This document shows, one piece after another, positions 26,257 to 39,990 of a DNA stretch of 64,000 bases. The DNA comes from the human T2T-CHM13v2.0 reference genome, Homo sapiens. A program made the translations under genes and the position numbers. Below the pieces are notes generated by a model. The model was given only the letters and a program-made list of their open reading frames with translations, did not search any database and had not been told where the DNA came from. Each line of letters starts with the position of its first letter. The stretch's first letter is position 1. The stretch lies in the NCBI RefSeq assembly GCF_009914755.1, contig NC_060925.1, one strand, 5' to 3'.

Positions 26257-27458
26257 ACTCCCCTCGGCTTTGATTTCGTTCCTGGATTTCTGCCTATTCC
26301 TCATTACTCTACTTGCTGCCATGATGAGATGCACCTTCCAGCCTAACGCACTATTTTTAGTCTCCAGGGGAAGCTCTCTTCATTCAGACAGAAGCTCCAG
26401 GGAGATTTTAGTGTTCCCAACAACTTCAGAATGGGGGTTTGTACTTCCAGGCAGAGCCAGTCATGTGACATATGAAGGCTTAATTTACCCACCTAGAATT
26501 TAGTGCCCACTGGAGCTGGCCATTTCACAGTCTCCTGTTTACAGGTTGCTCCAGCCCTGCTGGCCCCTGCTTCCACATCTGTGTGGGGGCCCTGGTGGTT
26601 CACTGCAGGCCCTGTGCCCTCTTCATGACACACTATGCTGGGATGATGTCCTCTGTGGAAACCTCTTGAGCGCAAATGGCCCCTTTATGACAGAAACACC
26701 ACAAGTACATTCCCCAAGGGTGCTGTTTGCTGTGGTAGTCCGTCTACAGATTTTCCCACCAGGATCCTGGAGCAGGTCCAGTTTGGAATTGCCACCCATG
26801 AGAAGGGAACAGATGACCATGGAATGAAGTAATAGCCCTTCCCCCTTCCCTCTTCAACCCTTTGATTTCGGAGGATCTGCATTCACTATTAGTGGTCAGG
26901 AGTCCTGCAGCTTCCTTTTGAATTAGGAAGATATGGGAATAAGAGGTCTTTTAGGCACTTAAAAGTGGCAACAAATAACCCACAAAACTACTATCTACAG
27001 CTTGAGCAACCCTTACTATGAACCTCCCTGGATCTCAGCCATGAAAACAACTCAAGCCAACCTCCAAAATAGGCTCCTTGCAGACGCTTTCTTTAAAAAA
27101 AAAAAAAAAAAGCAAAATTAAAAAAAACAACAACAAAAAATTCATCCAGAAGCAATAATAATATTTGTAGAATGCAGTTCTACTGTTGGTTACTTGGCTC
27201 AAGTTTATCTGTGAAAAATATGTTATCGGCTGACAAATAGCATGGCTGTCAAGAAATTTATCACCATTTTTCCCCACAAAGCAGCTGGTTTCAGATTCAA
27301 ATGAGGCTCTGCACTGTGATTTCGCCTTTACCGAAGTTGCCAAGGAAAGGTCCATGAGGCATGGAGAAGACTCCTGCTGAGGGTGGTCCCCACATTATTC
27401 TTTGCATTTTCTAGAAGGCCTTTCAGATTGAATACATGGCCATTTATTGAAAAAGGCC

Positions 27459-27775
<317 letters not shown>

Positions 27776-28079
27776 CTACATTGCATTAGATAGCTCCCTA
27801 TGTAGGCACTTTTGCAAATTTTGGCTCCTTTGAGCTTCAGGGCAATGTTTCTTGGTAGATAATACCACAAACTCCATTTCACAGACAAAATGCAGATCAG
27901 AGAGGGGGAAGCAACTTGCTCAGAAAGTGGCAGATTATTCTGGTTTTATGAAGCTGAGTTAGTGTTCCTTACTGTTCTTATAACCACTTATTCTTTTTTA
28001 ATGACAACTTAATGAGAGGAGTTAATAAGTGATTACACTGAATCACAGCCATGTCCTACCATCTTAGAATGGTGCCTTG

Positions 28080-28990
28080 CAAACCTGACCTCTACCTGAA
28101 ATTATGGACTAATTTCCAACTGTCTACTCAACATCTCCCTTGGATAGCTAGTATGCTTCTCCAAGTTGACAAGATCAAAACAAATCTTTTGAGGTTTACC
28201 TCCAAGTCAGCTACTCCCATAGTTTTCTCTATTTCTGTAAATCACCCCACTACCTACCCACTAGCCTAAGCCAAATTCTCATCCATGAGAAATCCTATTG
28301 AAAAATACAACAAAATCAGTGCACTTCTTTCTTCTCTACCCCTCCTGCTCTAATCCTTCTTCTCTCTCTTACCAAGATCATTATAGAAGAGCAGTAGTAG
28401 CCTGTTCTCTGATTCTTCTATTTTTACTCTTCCCTTCAATCCCTTCTCCATTTTCCATACACAAATCAAATAAAAATGCAATTTCTTACCCAAAGCTCTT
28501 CAATGGCTTGACCCTTCAATGGCTTTTAGGTTAAAATCAGAACTCCTACATGACTTCCTTATTTGCCCCTCATCTCACACCAATCTTACATTCCCCACCA
28601 CGCCAGCTACTCTGGCCATCCTCTCTCTTTCTTGAACATGCCAAGCCAATATCATTCCTGTCTCAAGACGGGTGTTACTCCCCTTGCCTCTGATTGTTGC
28701 ATGCCTGGCTCCTGCTTGGCCTTAGATCTTAAGTGTCACTTCCTCAGAAAAGGCTTTCCTGATCACCCAACTTAAAGGAAAATTCAGTTATTTTCTATGA
28801 CATCATCACCATTTTCCTAATTTTTCTTTATAGTACGTACTGATAGCTGGTTGTATTCATGCACTTAATATTTACTTCCCCCTGTAGAATGTAGATTTGG
28901 ACTGATTTTTCTTATTTGTCTCCAACACCCAGAACAGTTTTCCTCAACACCTAGAACAATGCATGACACAGAATAGGCATATCATATGAA
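28080..28990 (+). mobile_element. L2 LINE 3' portion
   Basis: tttccaactgtctactcaacatctcccttggat...cttcaatggctt...tgtcacttcctcagaaaagg...cctagaacaatgcatgacacag. Confidence 0.8.
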
Positions 28991-29879
28991 TGCTTTTGTG
29001 TGTAGCCGCAAAGAATGGTTTCTGGGAGATTTTTCTAGGTGTCTTCTATGACCCAGCCCTCAGAGGTAGAGATGTACACTGTTCTTTTTTATATGTCCAG
29101 AAAAAAGGTGACAATTTCAGAGATTAATGTTGCATTCAAGGACACAAACCTAGTTCGTGAGAGAGTTACAGCTAGACCTCAGGTCTCTTTTCACGGGACC
29201 ACTATCGACTGTCTCTCACTCTGTCTCCAGGATGTCAAGGGCTTGCTGTGTGAATAGTGAAGCCTTCTTCATCTTCCTTAAATAAAAGTTTGTCTTTAAT
29301 TAAGTCAAATAATTTGCTCATTTATTTAATCTTCATGCACTTATTTGACAAACATATACTCAATGTTCAGTGTTTCCAAACACTTTGATATGATTGTAGA
29401 AGAGGTTCTGTATTTGTGGCCTGAGCTTTCTGAAAAAGAAAAGGAACTGATTGCAGCTGCTGGGGGATTTCTGGCCAATCAGAAGGAACATTTGACTAAA
29501 GAGCTGAGTCTACTCCTAGAAGACTGAGAGTTGGCCTATGGGAAAAATTCTCAAAGACCCTACTGCCCCCACAACATCTCCCTCACTGTGTTTGTCATCA
29601 GGAGTTACATGGGTACCACAGTGTGTGTACCTCTGGGGCTAGCAATATGGGAGCTCTCCCCCATGGACCCTCGGCTTGGCAGCCTGAGGTCTAGCTAAAA
29701 CTTTACAGGCATGTACAGGTGAAGGCAAATAGTATGACTCATGGCAGAATGACAGAGATGTGTTGGACTCTGGCCTTTTTGGTCACATTTTGAGTGCTTT
29801 GCCCCACTGGTCCTGCCCTTCCCTAATGTTACATACCCTGAAGAAAGAAACTGAACAATATATTTTAAGCAAATGTCAT

Positions 29880-30160
29880 GTGAGTGAGCCTATCCTGGCT
29901 ACCTTAGTTACACTGTAGTTCTCCCCCTACTTGGTCCTCCCCACCCCCATTCCCTATCTGTTTTGCCCCATAGCATTTATTAGTCTCAAACCCACTAGAT
30001 AATATATTACTTCTTTGCTTATTGCAGCCTCCCTTTACTGAAGGGAGCTGAATGTAAGCTCCTCCATGAGGGTGGGATTTTTTTTGTTTACTTCTGCATC
30101 CCTAGCACCTTTAAGAGTGTCTGGACATTATAGATGATTAGTAACTATTTGTTGAATGAA
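29880..30160 (+). mobile_element. L2 3' end
   Basis: gaatgtaagctcctccatgagggtggga...catccctagcacc...tatttgttgaatgaa. Confidence 0.75.
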
Positions 30161-30189
30161 AAAGTAAATCAGACACCATGAAGTATGCA

Positions 30190-30630
30190 ATATTTTTGAC
30201 CTAGAAATTCTATTTCTAGAAATCTATTCTTCACAAATAGGCATGAATGAATGGAAAATATGTGAACTAGTATTGTTCATTTCCTTATTATTTAGAAGTG
30301 TGAAAAATGAGAAAGAGCCATTCAGCAATAAGGGATTATTTAAATAAACTGTGGTACATTTATACAATAGAATGTTATCAACTTAAAATTCATGTCTGAG
30401 AAGAATTTTTAATAACATGGAGACGTGTTAGGATACGTTGTTAAATGCAAATAATGAGTATTGTAGAATTTGATTGCAAATTTGTAAAATGCCTATGTAT
30501 GCAGACACAGAAAAAATAGTGGAAAGATAACCAAAAGTTGACAGTAGTTATCTCTGGGAGATGGAGTTAACAGATTATTTCAATTTTCCTTTTTTGTGCT
30601 TTTCTCTGTTTTGAACTTTTCTATGATGGA
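30190..30630 (+). mobile_element. L1ME4-like 3' end
   Basis: tttgacctagaaattctatttctagaaatctat...aaataaactgtggtacatttatacaatagaat...acagtagttatctctggg. Confidence 0.75.
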
Positions 30631-30714
30631 GAGAGGACGGCATTGGTGATGGTGGGTGTTTCCCCCGGGCCTGGGGCACTGGGAGAAATGACCTTCTCTT
30701 TGTTACCTCCAGGT

Positions 30715-31400
30715 AACCACAGCCTCAGGGAGACCCCTCTCACACAGATGCTGGGGCTTGGTCATGTGACTTGCTTTGGCCAATGGAGCTTTAGCAAACA
30801 TGAAACATTTAAAAAGCACTTCTGCGTTGGGACTATCTTGCTGCTGGGAGTTCTTCTCCCTTCATGTGAACAAACCTGCACTGATAAAAGATTGATGGGA
30901 GAACAAACCTGCAGGATTAGAGGCTATATGACAAGAAGCTTCAGCCATCCCAGCCATGCCAGTCATCCCAACTGAGAGACCTCAGACGTGAGGTCACAAT
31001 ATGGTGGCTACTAAACATTTAAAACGTGGGTAGTCCACATGCGGATGTGCTGTCTGTATTGTATAAAATGCACACTGGATTTTGAAAATTTGTATGATAA
31101 AACAAATGCCAAATATTTCATTTATAATTTTTCTGTTAATTATATATTGAAATAATATTTTGAGTACATCAGGTTAAATGTTAGAATATTATTAAAATTA
31201 ACTTTACTAGTTTCTTTTAATTTTTAAAAATGTGGGTACTTGAAAATTTTGAATACATACATGGTCTGTATCATATTTCTATTGGACAGCTCTATACTAG
31301 ACCATGTAGCCACAGCCAAGTCATCCCAGACCAGAACCACCTAAGTGACTCAGAATTAAAGCAAATAAAATAGTTGTTACTATAAATCACTGATTTGAGA
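30715..31400 (+). mobile_element. MLT1 (F/G/H-like) LTR with nested MER33
   Basis: gggcttggtcatgtgacttgctttggccaatgg; after the insertion, cagaaccacctaagtgac..cagaatt..gcaaataaaatagttgtt. Confidence 0.65.
30995..31295. mobile_element. MER33-like DNA transposon
   Basis: Colinear with the 7471-7776 copy; ends atatttctattggacagctct. Confidence 0.8.
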
Positions 31401-31939
31401 TATTTCATTCTTTAGCAAAAAGTCTCTAATATCACAAGTATACTGTGTTTTACAGATCCTACCAACTTCACTTCTTGGCCTTATAGGAAGGAGCCACAGT
31501 CCCAAAGAAGTCTGGGGAGAGCAGGATGTGGCAGAGAACAATGATCGGTGCCTTGGTGTGGAACGGGGAGCATTGGTGAAAGGGTGCAGAGTTTGGGGGA
31601 GGGGAAAGCTGAGGGTTCTTGGCCTTCTCAGATTCCCAGTCTGGAAGGCACACTTGCTCAGCCTGCGGCCTGGAGAGCAGGGGCTTGGGAAATGCTGGAG
31701 AGGCCCTTTCTCCCCTTTCCCGCTCACACCCTCCTTTCCTATCTGCCCTGTCTGTGCTCTGCTGTCCTATCCCACAGAGTTCTGTGGGAAAAAACACTAC
31801 ATCAACAACAACAAGATAATAAAGGGCATGTCAATGAGAGAGCAGGACAGGGGAGGGGGAAAGGGTGATTTTGGCAGCAATACCCCATCATCTAGTGCCT
31901 CTGCACTTCCCTCACCTCCCTCCTCCCTGAACCAGATGG

Positions 31940-32125
31940 GATTGGAAGTCAGAGATGAAGGAAGCCATAGAGATTGCCCACCTAACCCCTTTCTCTTACT
32001 GATGAGGAAACTAAGCCCCAAAGACATTGGCTGATTTGCCTAGGGTCACACAAGAAATTTGTGATGGTCAGGTCAAGAATTCAGTTTCCAGACTCTCAGC
32101 CCAGTGCTCTTTCTGCCACTCCCCA
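31940..32125 (-). mobile_element. MIR
   Basis: gatgaggaaactaagccc...gatttgcctagggtcacaca...gactctcagcccagtgctctttc. Confidence 0.8.
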
Positions 32126-34291
32126 TGATACCAGCTTGTCGGGTATCAGTCATGTTACACTCAGCCTTGGCTTTTGGAGACCCATTTCCAAGGGCAGTGT
32201 GAATCCAAGGGTTTCTTTTTGCCTGAGCACCGTTTCTCTCTTTGAGCTGATTCCTCCACTGCTACTTAACTTTGGCTCCAAGATGTCAGAGGTTCAGAGT
32301 CCATTCCCATGGGGGCCTCTCTTTCCTCCTGCGGTGCTTTCCTTGGGTGGACTCTCACTTCTGTCCCCTCTCACCTTCTGCTGTATGCTGATTAAACAGA
32401 GCTATAGGCCCTGGAATGTTTCTGCAGCCAGCACACAGAGACTGATCCTGTAGCACAGGGACAAGGATTGACAGCCTTGCCAGAACCTCTCAGGCAATGG
32501 GATGAGGGAGTGGGATTGGCTGGGAGTAATGTGAAGGAGGGTGAGGAAGTCCTGGAGGCACCTCTTCTCTCCCTGTGCATGCCCAAATGATGAGCTGGGC
32601 TGGGATAATCCTTGTATCTACTCTGCTTCTGAGCACAGCCCACTTTGGAAGCCAACTCTTTCATACTTGCACCATTTACTGCCTCGCTGCATTTATCATG
32701 TGACTCCAATGTGGACAATCTGTGGCTGTTCTCCATGATTTGAGCACATGCCGAGATGCTGTGATCATCTCAGGGATGTTGGCATCCACTCGGACCCATC
32801 CCTGCACTCTCCCAGCTCAGTTTCTTGATGGAGTCAGCTCCACTGACTTATCTCTGTTTCGCGTTAGCTGTTGTTGGCCAAATCTTGGGACTGATTGCTA
32901 GGCCATCGCCAAACACAGACTTGCTTATCTTCAGGATTCCACAATCTCTGGCTCTACTCTCCTGTGCATTCAGTCTTTTCACTCTGCTACATCTGTGAAG
33001 CGTTCTTTTTCTCTTAGTTCTCCTTGCTGACTCGGTCCCCTATCTGGGTGAAGGCACACAGTGCTTCCCTTCTAGAAGCTTGCTTCCTTTCCTTGGGACA
33101 GAAGAATTCATGCCTGAAAGGCTGCTTAATGTCAACAAAACAACATGCAAAGAGACGTTGAAACCAACAACCTAAAAAGGGTCTGATTAAAAAAAATTCT
33201 GTCCAGTGTGTAGAACTTTGTCACCATGATGCTAAGCATCTTAATATTTTCAAAGCATTCTCCACTTTTCAGCCAGATGTTTGAAGTCAGGCAGATGTGC
33301 CTAATATTGCATAATTACAAAGCTGCTTACTCTCAGTTTCAGGAGGCAAACGTGGCCCAATCCAGGGAAATCAGCAGATGGCATGTCATGGCCATCGCAG
33401 ATCTGAGGAGCTGGCCTTTGGGTGACTTCTGGTCCACATGACAAACATTCAAGGTGAATTAGAGGAGAAAAGCTACATGAAGTGATGTGCAAGTTGAAAA
33501 GAGAAAAGGGTGTGGTGCTATCCAGGAACCATCTAACGAAAAACCTCTTGCAAGGCAGATTGAGAATTTTAAAACAACACTCTCCGACCCAACTGCCCCG
33601 TGACATCTGTTAACACAAAAGGCAGAACTATTTCCAGGAAAAGCTCTCAGTGTTTGCAAGGGTGAGACCCTTCTGATGTTTTTGCAACTTTAGTTAAAGA
33701 GCCGAGGGATGGATTCACATCCTCGGCATTTCCCATGGGGGAACTCACAGACCGGTTGTACACAATGGTGTACATTCAAATGAAAAGAGAAAAAGTCAAT
33801 CAGTTATCCAGATGTTTTTGAATTGTACCTGGACATAGCCACAGTGGGGATTTGGTCCATGGTAATAATATATTATTCTTGCAAGATGGTGAGAGAAAAA
33901 TGTTCTGAAAGGAAAAAGAATGTGTTTTCTTCATACCCTTTTATACTTTCTTCTCCTTTTGGGGTTTATGTTTAACAGCATCCAGCAAAACAGAACATGG
34001 AGACTGAGGACAGAAAAGAGAAAGAAGCGTAGGGCAAGACCCCTCCTCCAAATTGCAGGTGGGTGCTCCTGGTTGGATAGAAATAGACTTGGAGTGGGGT
34101 AGGAGTTGTGGAAACAATACTTAGGCAGAGCCTGGCAGCTCCAGGGTGAAGGAGCAGATACATAGTAGGTGGGCACTCAGAAAGTATGAATGGCATTAAA
34201 CACGACAGTTTGTTTCTCACATAGTTTTTTAGTATTTCTTTCTTTGAAGTCTAAACTTTCACCATTAGAAATCTAGTTCTTTGACTTAAGG

Positions 34292-34475
34292 AAAAGGTTC
34301 TCAGACATAAGTGTGCATAGGAGTCATCCTAGAAATATGTTAATTTGCAGGTTTCTGGGTGGAGGCCACTCTCAGAGATTCAGATTCAGTAGGTCTGGGG
34401 TGGTTCCCATGAATGTGCACTATGAACAAGTATCCCAAATGGTTCTAGCGTGTCTCTACTTTGTGAGACAATTAA
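34292..34475. mobile_element. MER5A/B DNA transposon
   Basis: ggttctcaga...gagtcatc...cagagattcagattcagtaggtctggggtgg. Confidence 0.7.
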
Positions 34476-34559
34476 GGCATTGCCTATTCCAGCTATTCTC
34501 TTTCAAAAGAAGACACAGGCTGCAAAGAGTAACCGTCCATCCACAGTATGGGAACCAGG

Positions 34560-34805
34560 TTCCAGAAAAGCTAGGGTCTAATCTCAGCTCTCCACCCTTC
34601 TTGCTGTATGATTTTGCGCCATACAAATACACTCTAAGAAATTCATTTTCCTCACCCACAAAATGGAGAAGAAAATTTTAGCCTAAATACCTGTCTGACT
34701 GATGGGTCAATGTAATAACATTATTAAATAAAATGATTAATGTAAAAGCCTTGAAGAGGCTTTGAAAAGTATTTCATTCTATCCACATATAAATTGTTCT
34801 TATTA
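34560..34805 (+). mobile_element. MIR (degenerate)
   Basis: ctagggtctaatctcagctctcc...ttgctgtatga...ttttcctcacccacaaaatgg. Confidence 0.55.
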
Positions 34806-37447
34806 TTTCCCATTATCACCCATTAACACATGCATTTGAACTAGTTTGCGAGATTAAGCATTAGTGTAAGAGATGAACTTAGAGCGTAAGGGATAGCTCA
34901 GAAAGGGAAGGTGTGGGTAGTGCCACTGTGGCTTGCCCAAGGCTGCCAGGAAGGCTCAGGAGGACCCCGAGATGGGGAGATAGGCGAAGTATGGGGATGA
35001 GGGGTGGGGTGAGCATTGGAGAAAATCTGAACTTCACAGTTTTGTTTCAGGTTTCAGGTTATTGGGCACTAATAATGTGCTTGGGGAGAGTTCTGTGTTT
35101 TTTACTCTCAAGATATTTTAATAAGCCTTGAGAGACCCACAGAGTAGAGTGTAGGAGGACAGTTTTTTGTGGAAAAATAAAGAAGAGGAACATTATGGAA
35201 ATTGTATGGGAAAAGAATCAGCTTCAATGTAAAACTTAAAGAACGTATTCAAACCAACCACAGACGGCCTCTCACCTTCTGGATAATCTTGCTCTACTTT
35301 TGGGCAACAAGAATGGTTGGCTATCTTCATATCCCCTAGGCTGGTTTAGAAATAGCCACTTCCTTTGGGAATTCAAGCCAATAAAGAACCCTGCCTTCCA
35401 AGGGTGGAGAACTGAGCTATGTGTGTGTGCATTCATCTCCCACAAAGAGGGGCGTAACATCTCCATCTCCCCTGCTGCTTGCGATTAGCAAATTTGGGAA
35501 CAGGGGAATGATGCCTGTCTCTTCCTTAGCACAGAACGTCAGAGGCCCGAAGATGTGATTCCTAAGGGAAGGGAGGAAATATGTACAGGGTGGACTGGGG
35601 AGCAGGGCCAGTTGCACAAGGAGCCTGCAGTGGAGAGCTCAACATGAGCCTGGATCCAGCAGATTACATCTTGGCCAGCTAGACCATTCTGAATCAGACA
35701 GATCCCGAAGCTCCCTGCCTGTGTTGTCAGCTCAGGGCACCAACTAGAGTTCGTGCAGCCACTTGGCATGGCACTGTTGGGGCACTGAAGGACATCTGCT
35801 TCCGGGGTTGGGGGGGTGGGGGAAGTGGCAGACTTTAAAAACCAGTGGAGAGGGTGAGACAGGAAATGAAGAGCAACACATTTCTCATTTAAAATTTTGT
35901 GGAGAGGGGAAACAAATGGAGACTGGATTATCAACTGGGAATTTGGCCTGGAACCGCGGAGTCAGGAATGCTGAAGGGATGGGGTCCAACCTGACTGCAG
36001 AAGGCCAGGGAGGCCTTCTGTGGTCAGGGGGAGTCGGTCGGGCGCAGAGGCCTGGCTGATGGGCTGGATGGGACCCTGCCTTGCTAGTGAGGCCCCCACT
36101 GAAAAGTCTCTTGCTCATCCTGAGCTCAGAGAAAGGAAGGCACCATGCAAACGTGGAGCTGTTTTCACGTCTCTAACACGTCCCAGATTTGTGCTGCTGA
36201 GAGTCCGGTCCAATCCTGTGAAATTCCTGCTGTTTTTCTGTTTCTAACAAAACCACAGGGTGAGATGTCAAGACTGCTGCTTCCCTGATCAAGATAACAG
36301 AATGGGCCACAGTGAAGGCTCTAGAGGAACAGGAATATGGATAAACCCCAGCTCTGGAAAAAATCCCAAATCGTGAAGAATTCGATTTGGAATTGTGTGT
36401 ATGTGTGTGTGTGCTCGTGTGCGCCTGTGTGTATGTGAGGAGGAGGCATAAAGAGAGAGAGTGGGGGTGGGCAGGGGAGGAGAATAGCGGGCTTATGCGT
36501 ATTGTGCTTGTTTTGGCTGGTATTAAAATGCATCAGCATTTCCTGAATCCTCATGGACTATTGACAGGTTCTGAGACACCTTGAAGAATTTGTGGGCAGA
36601 GGGGTGGGGGGATGTCACCTTGTGATGACAAATTGGGTGGAAAACTTTTTAAATAATGAAGTCATATACGTGTAATGAAGTGTTTATTGCACTTGAGGAT
36701 TCTTTTTAAATGGAATGTGTTGTAAATTGTTGGTAATGTTTCTATTCCTTTTCATTATTTTCTCACCAGTCTGGGAGTGGAAGAGAATTTTTTCTTCCAT
36801 ATGCAAAGTAGGTTTTAAAGCATCCCTCTGGGCCAGCTCGGCCCTCCGAGGTGACTGGTGACTCCAGTGCACCTGAGGAGTCTGATTAACTTATGGATAT
36901 ATGTATGGGAGGAAAACAGAGAGGAAAAGCACAGATGGGCTCCTGAGAACCGGGGCTATCATTCTGGGACAGGGGCATGTGGTTTTTGACACCCTGCTTG
37001 GGGACACTGCCTTTATACCCCCAGTGGCAGCAAACTTGCTACTTACTGCTTAGAACACAGAAGCATTTTTTTGTTGCTGCAGTTTTGCTAGACTCCTGAA
37101 GGGGAAAAAGTCCTCTCGTTTTTACATTGCTTTGGCTGTTAACCCTTCTGAGTTGAGTGTGAGGTTGAGATCTTTGGCCTATTGGGATGGACAGCTTGCT
37201 TTCTTGGGCTCTTTTGAAATGTAGCTTCATGGCTCTCTCCCCCTTCTCTTCACACAGTCCTTTAGGAATTTCTGGAGAGGTAACCTGGGGTCTCCCCAAG
37301 CTTCCTGCAGCCCAACCAACCAACCCACCAACCTGGCTGATGCATATGTGGAATATCGGCTTCCTGTTCTCTGAAGGGCAAAAAGGACACTGAAGTATAG
37401 CCTACAGGCTCTGCGGCCCAAAGCTCATTAAGAAGATAATAGATTTA

Positions 37448-37751
37448 GGCCAGCCGCAGTGGCTCACGCCTGTAATCCTAGCATTTTAGGAGGCCTAGGT
37501 GGGTGGATTGCCTGAGCTCAGGAGTTCGAGATCAGCCTGGGCAACATGGTGAAACCTCGTCTCTACTGAAATACAAAAAATTAGCCAGGCCTGATGGTGT
37601 ACGCCTGTAGTTCTAGCTACTCGGGGGGCTGAGGCAGGAGAATTGCTTGAACTGGGGAGACGGAGGTTTCAGTGAGCTGAGACTGCATCACTGCACTCCA
37701 GCCTGGGTGACAGAGCAAGACTGTCTCAAAAAAAAAAAAAAAAAAAAGAAG
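37448..37751 (+). mobile_element. AluS (Sz/Sx-like)
   Basis: Full dimer with poly(A); 18-bp TSD aagaagataatagattta at 37430-37447 and 37752-37769. Confidence 0.97.
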
Positions 37752-39900
37752 AAGAAGATAATAGATTTAGAAGACACACAAATAATTGTTTAAAAGAATG
37801 GCCCTAATGTGCTGCAGTCTGAGGTGGAAGGTTAGTAAGGTCTGGACTTCCTCGGAATATGACTGAGTTTTCAGATCACGTGAGACGTCTTCATGGAAGA
37901 CATTGAGGTAGTTACCACATCTTCTGGATGTCCCACAGCCAACAGCATATCAATTTGGGTGAGTTTTAAAGATTTGGCCCTGATAATGGCACCCTGACTT
38001 GAAGTCCCTGAGAACCCAGGGATATTTAGGAAGGTCATATGACTTCCAAAGGGTCCCTGATTGAATGCTTTCTCTCCTAATCATGGGGAAGAGGGTGGCA
38101 CAGCATGGGGCTAAATCCTCACTCCATCCTTACTCATGTTCAAACAATCCCAGACTTACTGATCCATGAAATGTGTCTCAGGTGTGTCTGTGGTTTCTGG
38201 GTTAGGAAGTAAATGGACTTTTGCAATTCTTTCTTATATAAATAGGAAAACTGAGATTTAGAAAAGTTGTGACATGCCCAAGATTGTGACAAAGCCAAAT
38301 AAGAACTTGGTTCTCTGAACTTTCAGGCTCCTTCAGACATTAAAAGCAGGAATTGGATTAGTGTAGCTGCCGGAGGTTTCCCACTGTCTCCACTCCCAGT
38401 TTCCACGTGCATTTCCTCTGGTGCTCATCAAGTGTACAGCGCTGCTGTGGTGAGAATTTGTCAAATGAGTCTCCAGTCTCAGAAGGTCTATGTAAATGGG
38501 GTTTCAAGTCATCACAGGGACTGAATTTAGTCTCAAGTACCATAAAGAAAATACTTTTAAAGCTCTTCTAAAAATAAAGCTCCTCTGAAGAGATGTTTGG
38601 CCTGTGGCTAATGTGTTTGGAAACATGTTTTCTGTAAAACTCAACCTTATTCATCTACTTGCAAATCCAGAAAGACAACTTTCACTACACACATCAGGGC
38701 TTGTCCCAAATTTTCCCTACTCACAGTGGAAGATGCCGGGGTGTGAACCATTGGCTTAAGGTGCCTCTGCCTCCCTTTCCCCAAAACAGTTTAGGAAGGG
38801 AGGGTTTGGGTCTAGTGTCCAGCCTGGGCTCAGCTTTGGATGCTGGCAACCTGGACCTAGGCACACCAGGGAGGCTGCTTTCTTTGCCCTTGTCTTGCCA
38901 CTTCCCATCTCCCATGTCATAGGAGGAGCTTGGAAGGAGCTGAAGGCCGTCACCTTCCTACAAAGCAGAGAGATCCTCTCTCCAAGAACGGCTTTTGCTG
39001 CCCTCTGGGTCCTGCTATTTCCATGGCTCCTGAAGAATCAGCCTCTGATATTTCAATTGCCCCTTCATCAGAACTGTCAAACCTGGTGAATCTCTTCTCT
39101 TTTTCTCTGGCTCACTCTCTCTAAAACACGCATCTTAAACAAGTTTTAAAATCCCTGAAGAATGGCAGAAATACAAAGAACTCAATTCCAAATAATATTG
39201 TCATGTTCTGCTGCATAGTTGAGGTAATCACCGTTAAGTAAGTGCAGGTATGGGTGACTCTCTAAGAAAAGGATGAAAGTACAGTGGACAGGTGAGCCCA
39301 TGGCCCAGGACTCAGGCACTCACAGCCTCCCACGTTTCTTCTCTATTTCACAATTGCTGATCCAAGGCGGGAGGGGTGCCATTCATGTGTGGCATTCACA
39401 TGAGAGAGGTGGGCATTGTGGGTCCTCAGTGCAGGGCCTGTTGTGTCCTCAATGAACCCAGGATTGAGTCCCACAGTGGACAGACTTTGCCAACTTTTAT
39501 AAATCTCTCTCAAGACACTCTCCTCCAATATTGCACCTTGAACTGATGTAATTTCTTGTAGCGAAAAAATTAAAATCTATCCTTTTTGACCTTCATATGC
39601 AACATGCATATCAAGAGAGTTGTCTTAGCAGCAGCAATTTTATATTGGGAGATTTGAGCATGGACTGGCTGTTGGGAGAGCTTTATGAGGCATTCCATGA
39701 TGTCTTGGCTTTAATTTTGCTTTTATTTTGATGTGACAAGATGTGTTGGACTGAGATGCCTTTGGGCTCTAGCCCTGGAATTTACAAAAAGAGAATACTG
39801 CAGGGTTATGGTGGGGGTGAGGCTGGAAGATGTTACCCACTCACAAAGCTTCAGCACAGCAACATATGTTAGAAGAATAAACTAACATTGGAACAGTAAA

Positions 39901-39914
39901 TACACACATACACA

Positions 39915-39953
<39 letters not shown>

Positions 39954-39990
39954 ACACACACACACAGAGTGGGAGAGAGTGAGAGAGAGT
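39901..39990. repeat. Compound (CA)n(GA)n microsatellite
   Basis: About 32 CA/TA units followed by a GA run. Confidence 0.97.

Noticed and set aside
29345-29527. 60-aa ORF with helical, protein-like composition
   Set aside because: Begins in an antisense L2 tail, has no ATG at the annotated start, no convincing splice boundaries and no family I recognise; PhyloCSF/BLASTp would settle it
31380-32034. Several overlapping 100-168 aa ORFs on both strands
   Set aside because: Stop-poor purine/GC-rich sequence ending in a MIR; no coding signature
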